Below, one piece after another: positions 11,874 through 13,885 of a DNA stretch of 13,885 bases (position 1 is the stretch's first letter; every line of letters begins with the position of its first letter). The notes under the pieces were generated by a model, which was not told the origin of the DNA, ran no database searches, and saw only the letters and a program-made list of their open reading frames with translations. Position numbers and translations under genes: made by a program. The DNA comes from Candidatus Woesearchaeota archaeon. GTDB lineage: Archaea > Nanobdellota > Nanobdellia > Pacearchaeales > GW2011-AR1. The stretch lies in NCBI GenBank assembly GCA_964604715.1, contig CAZRZR010000020.1:1-13885 (forward strand), read 5' to 3'.

Positions 11874-13415
11874 ATGTCGATGGGGTGTGGGGCGATATAC
11901 AATAAGAAAGGGGTATGGAGTGCCTCAAAATTATCTCTCTTTAGTGCGGTTTCAATTCTTTTTGTTGTCAGTTTAATGTACCTTACGTTTGCAATACATA
12001 ACATAACAACTTCTGGCGGAGGCTCAAGCTTTTCAGTCAATGAAGATGTTTCTCGCTTTTACAATATCTCCGTCAACAATACTGATCCTATCGCTGCTGC
12101 TAACATCTCACAAGTCAATATAACAATTCCTTCAAGCTTTACATTTACTCCTTCAACAAACGGAACAACTGCTCCTACAGCTACCTATACTAACACTTCA
12201 ACCGTCTTGAGCTGGTTAAACAACACAGGTTTGATTATGCAAAATACAACCCACTTCTTCTTTTTCAATGCGACAGCCGCAACGCCTGGAACATATAACA
12301 TTACAATAACTACGAGAAACTTTACCGGATCATACTCATCAAATCTATCAGTCACAGTCAATGATACGACTTCGCCAGACACAATCTCTTTTGTGGATCC
12401 GACGCTTGTTGCCTTTGCAAACGTTTCAGGAGGCATATCCGTTAATGTAACTGCAACAGACAACGCAGTAATTAGCGCGATAGTTATACGCCTTTTCAAC
12501 TCTAGTGGATTGGTTAATACCACAAGCTCATCAACTTCTCCTCTCTATATCAATTTCACAGGTCTTGTCGATGGAGTTTATTATGTGAATGCCACAGTCA
12601 ATGATACCTTTAACTTTGCAAATTCTACCTCAACACGAACATTTACTGTTGACAACGTCGCTCCTTCGATATCGATGAGCTGTACGCCTGATTCAGTTAA
12701 CACAGACGATGAAGTCACATGTTCATGTTCAGCCACAGACAACTTATCTGGAGTAAGTAGTGGGCCTTCATTCACAACTCATCCTAGTACGCAGAACACA
12801 GGTAGCTTTACAGCATCATGTTCAGCAACAGACTATGTAGGCAACACTGGCTCTGGAAGTGATACTTATATTGTTGAGTCTAGCGGTTCTAATCGAGGCT
12901 CAAGCGGATCAGGCTCGGGTTCGAGCGGATCAAGCGGAAGTTCATGGAGCGCAACCTATTCATTCAATGACGAGAATCTAGATCAGAAAGGCTCTGTATC
13001 AAAGAATTTAGGCACTCACGAGAGAATCTCTATAAAAATCAATGACGAAACACACCATGTTGGCGTTCTTACTTTGACAAGCACCAGTGCAGAAGTTGAA
13101 GTTTCCAGCACACCACAGACCGCCACATTAAATGTCGGAGAGTCACAACGGTTTGACATAAATGATGATTCCTTCTACGACATGAATGTTACTCTAGTAT
13201 CAATTGATAACGGCAAGGCGAATCTTACAGTTCAGTATATGCATGACGAAGTCGTCCAAGACTCTCCAGAAGCAACATTCGATGCATCATCACAGCAGCC
13301 AACCGAGGAAAAATCTTCAAGCACAAGCACCCTAATGTGGATAATTCTTGGCGTTCTTGTTGTAGTCGCGGTTGCAGCAATAGTTGTTCGAGCTCGAGCG
13401 CGAAGGCATTATTAA
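11874..13415 (+). CDS. secreted, C-terminally membrane-anchored surface protein with Ig-like repeats and very dense N-glycosylation sequons
   Basis: N-terminal signal/anchor (KK...LSLFSAVSILFVVSLMYLTFA). About 25 N-x-S/T sequons, 23 of them in residues about 43-292. Ig-like blocks with repeated SCSATD / TATDN motifs. Ser/Gly linker, a beta-rich C-terminal domain, a Ser/Thr stalk, a TM helix (LMWIILGVLVVVAVAAIVV) and an RARARRHY tail. Confidence 0.85.
   Translation: MSMGCGAIYNKKGVWSASKLSLFSAVSILFVVSLMYLTFAIHNITTSGGGSSFSVNEDVSRFYNISVNNTDPIAAANISQVNITIPSSFTFTPSTNGTTAPTATYTNTSTVLSWLNNTGLIMQNTTHFFFFNATAATPGTYNITITTRNFTGSYSSNLSVTVNDTTSPDTISFVDPTLVAFANVSGGISVNVTATDNAVISAIVIRLFNSSGLVNTTSSSTSPLYINFTGLVDGVYYVNATVNDTFNFANSTSTRTFTVDNVAPSISMSCTPDSVNTDDEVTCSCSATDNLSGVSSGPSFTTHPSTQNTGSFTASCSATDYVGNTGSGSDTYIVESSGSNRGSSGSGSGSSGSSGSSWSATYSFNDENLDQKGSVSKNLGTHERISIKINDETHHVGVLTLTSTSAEVEVSSTPQTATLNVGESQRFDINDDSFYDMNVTLVSIDNGKANLTVQYMHDEVVQDSPEATFDASSQQPTEEKSSSTSTLMWIILGVLVVVAVAAIVVRARARRHY
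12879..12944 (+). repeat. Ser/Gly-coding low-complexity tract inside the surface protein gene
   Basis: Encodes SSGSNRGSSGSGSGSSGSSGSS. AGCGGATCA occurs twice (12903-12911 and 12924-12932), followed by AGCGGAAGT. Confidence 0.7.
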
Positions 13416-13457
13416 TTGTCCTAGAAGAATTTCTGCCAGATAAATGTATTGGTAAAC

Positions 13458-13465
13458 TATTTAAG
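13458..13465 (+). promoter_or_regulatory. TATA-like box (TATTTAAG) for the terminal ORF
   Basis: Centre about 25-26 bp upstream of ATG 13487. Confidence 0.35.
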
Positions 13466-13486
13466 TCGCTATTTTGCGCACTATAC

Positions 13487-13885
13487 ATGGAACAATTAGG
13501 TAAGATTCTAAGAGATTTGGATGTGCCTTCAATAGATCGTTCTTTTTTTGTACATAACGCGCCAGTTGCAGCTAAATCAAGCGATTATCAAATACGAGGT
13601 TATACTGCAGGGATGGATTTACCTAATAGAATTAATTTCAGACCTGATGAAACTCCTTATGCAATAATTCTTCGTTTCAGAGGAGACATAGATATTGCGC
13701 TCGCGGGATTCACAGAATCTCAGGCAGTTATTGATTGTCTTCAGATTCAAGGCAGACGTGGGTGCTATAGGGAACTTACTCCTTTGCGGTGGGGGAAACT
13801 ACTGCTTCAAAAGACGGTAGACATTGCTAGGGCTGCTGGAGCAGATGCGGTGCGTGTTGTTTCAGGAAGGTTCATAGATACAACA
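13487..13885 (+). CDS. hypothetical protein, N-terminal 133 aa (3' end outside the window; not in the supplied ORF track)
   Basis: My hand translation from ATG 13487 is open to the window end: MEQLGKILRDLDVPSIDRSFFVHNAPVAAKSSDYQIRGYTAGMDLPNRINFRPDETPYAIILRFRGDIDIALAGFTESQAVIDCLQIQGRRGCYRELTPLRWGKLLLQKTVDIARAAGADAVRVVSGRFIDTT. TATA-like box at about -25. Family not recognised. Confidence 0.6.
   Translation, partial: MEQLGKILRDLDVPSIDRSFFVHNAPVAAKSSDYQIRGYTAGMDLPNRINFRPDETPYAIILRFRGDIDIALAGFTESQAVIDCLQIQGRRGCYRELTPLRWGKLLLQKTVDIARAAGADAVRVVSGRFIDTT

Noticed and set aside
11874-12030. Type IV pilin-like (class III) signal peptide at the surface protein N-terminus (KKG followed by a hydrophobic stretch)
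   Set aside because: The residues after KG (V-W-S-A-S-K) do not fit the prepilin-peptidase site pattern as I recall it. The hydrophobic core starts about 8 residues later. An ordinary Sec-type signal or anchor ending in TFA is more plausible.
13300-13415. PGF-CTERM/archaeosortase sorting signal at the surface protein C-terminus
   Set aside because: A Ser/Thr stalk, TM helix and basic tail are present, but there is no Pro-Gly-Phe tripeptide before the helix. I treated it as a simple TM anchor.
10313-13488. ORFs 10313-10501 (+), 11547-11741 (+), 11840-12040 (-), 12185-12523 (-), 12581-12775 (-) and 13225-13488 (-)
   Set aside because: Each is antisense to, or overlaps, a better-supported CDS (CBS protein, helicase, surface protein) or the start region of the terminal ORF. 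None has a recognisable motif.
1-13885. Mobile elements, CRISPR arrays, integrases, toxin-antitoxin pairs or known defence genes
   Set aside because: By eye I saw no direct-repeat/spacer periodicity, no terminal inverted repeats, and no transposase, integrase or nuclease-NTPase defence-type ORFs. All sizeable ORFs are accounted for by housekeeping, repair, copper or surface functions.

Overview
AT-rich, very gene-dense segment: by my count about 95% coding, with gaps of roughly 12-136 bp. It looks archaeal. Evidence: a TrmB regulator, an Ogg2-type glycosylase, a type-2/archaeal-like IleRS, A/T-rich TATA-like boxes centred about 24-28 bp upstream of many start codons with no Shine-Dalgarno, and oligo-T tracts right after two stops. 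Compaction and small proteins suggest a reduced-genome lineage such as DPANN, but that is inference only. Left to right: (1) the 3' part of a CPC-type Cu(I) P1B ATPase (copA), an unrecognised Met/Gly-rich polytopic membrane protein, and a CupA-like membrane-anchored cupredoxin Cu(I) chaperone. (2) A DNA-repair-rich block: a T4 endonuclease V-like pyrimidine-dimer glycosylase, an 81-aa orphan ORF, TatD, inorganic pyrophosphatase, and an Ogg2 8-oxoG glycosylase overlapping a single-domain Ogt. (3) A membrane-anchored LivK-like binding protein that appears to lack one lobe, then TrmB. (4) A minus-strand run of DEAD-box helicase (RGG tail), CBS pair, small membrane protein and IleRS. (5) A 513-aa surface protein loaded with N-glycosylation sequons. 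(6) The 5' part of an unknown ORF running off the window. I found no rRNA, tRNA, CRISPR, transposase or integrase. Most notable: IleRS has A-L-H-H where the class I HxGH (HIGH) signature should be. Also notable are the copper module with an uncharacterised Met-lined membrane protein, an AAC/TCTCTT/GAA element between TATA box and ATG of repair-block genes, and one TATA box equidistant from two divergent start codons.
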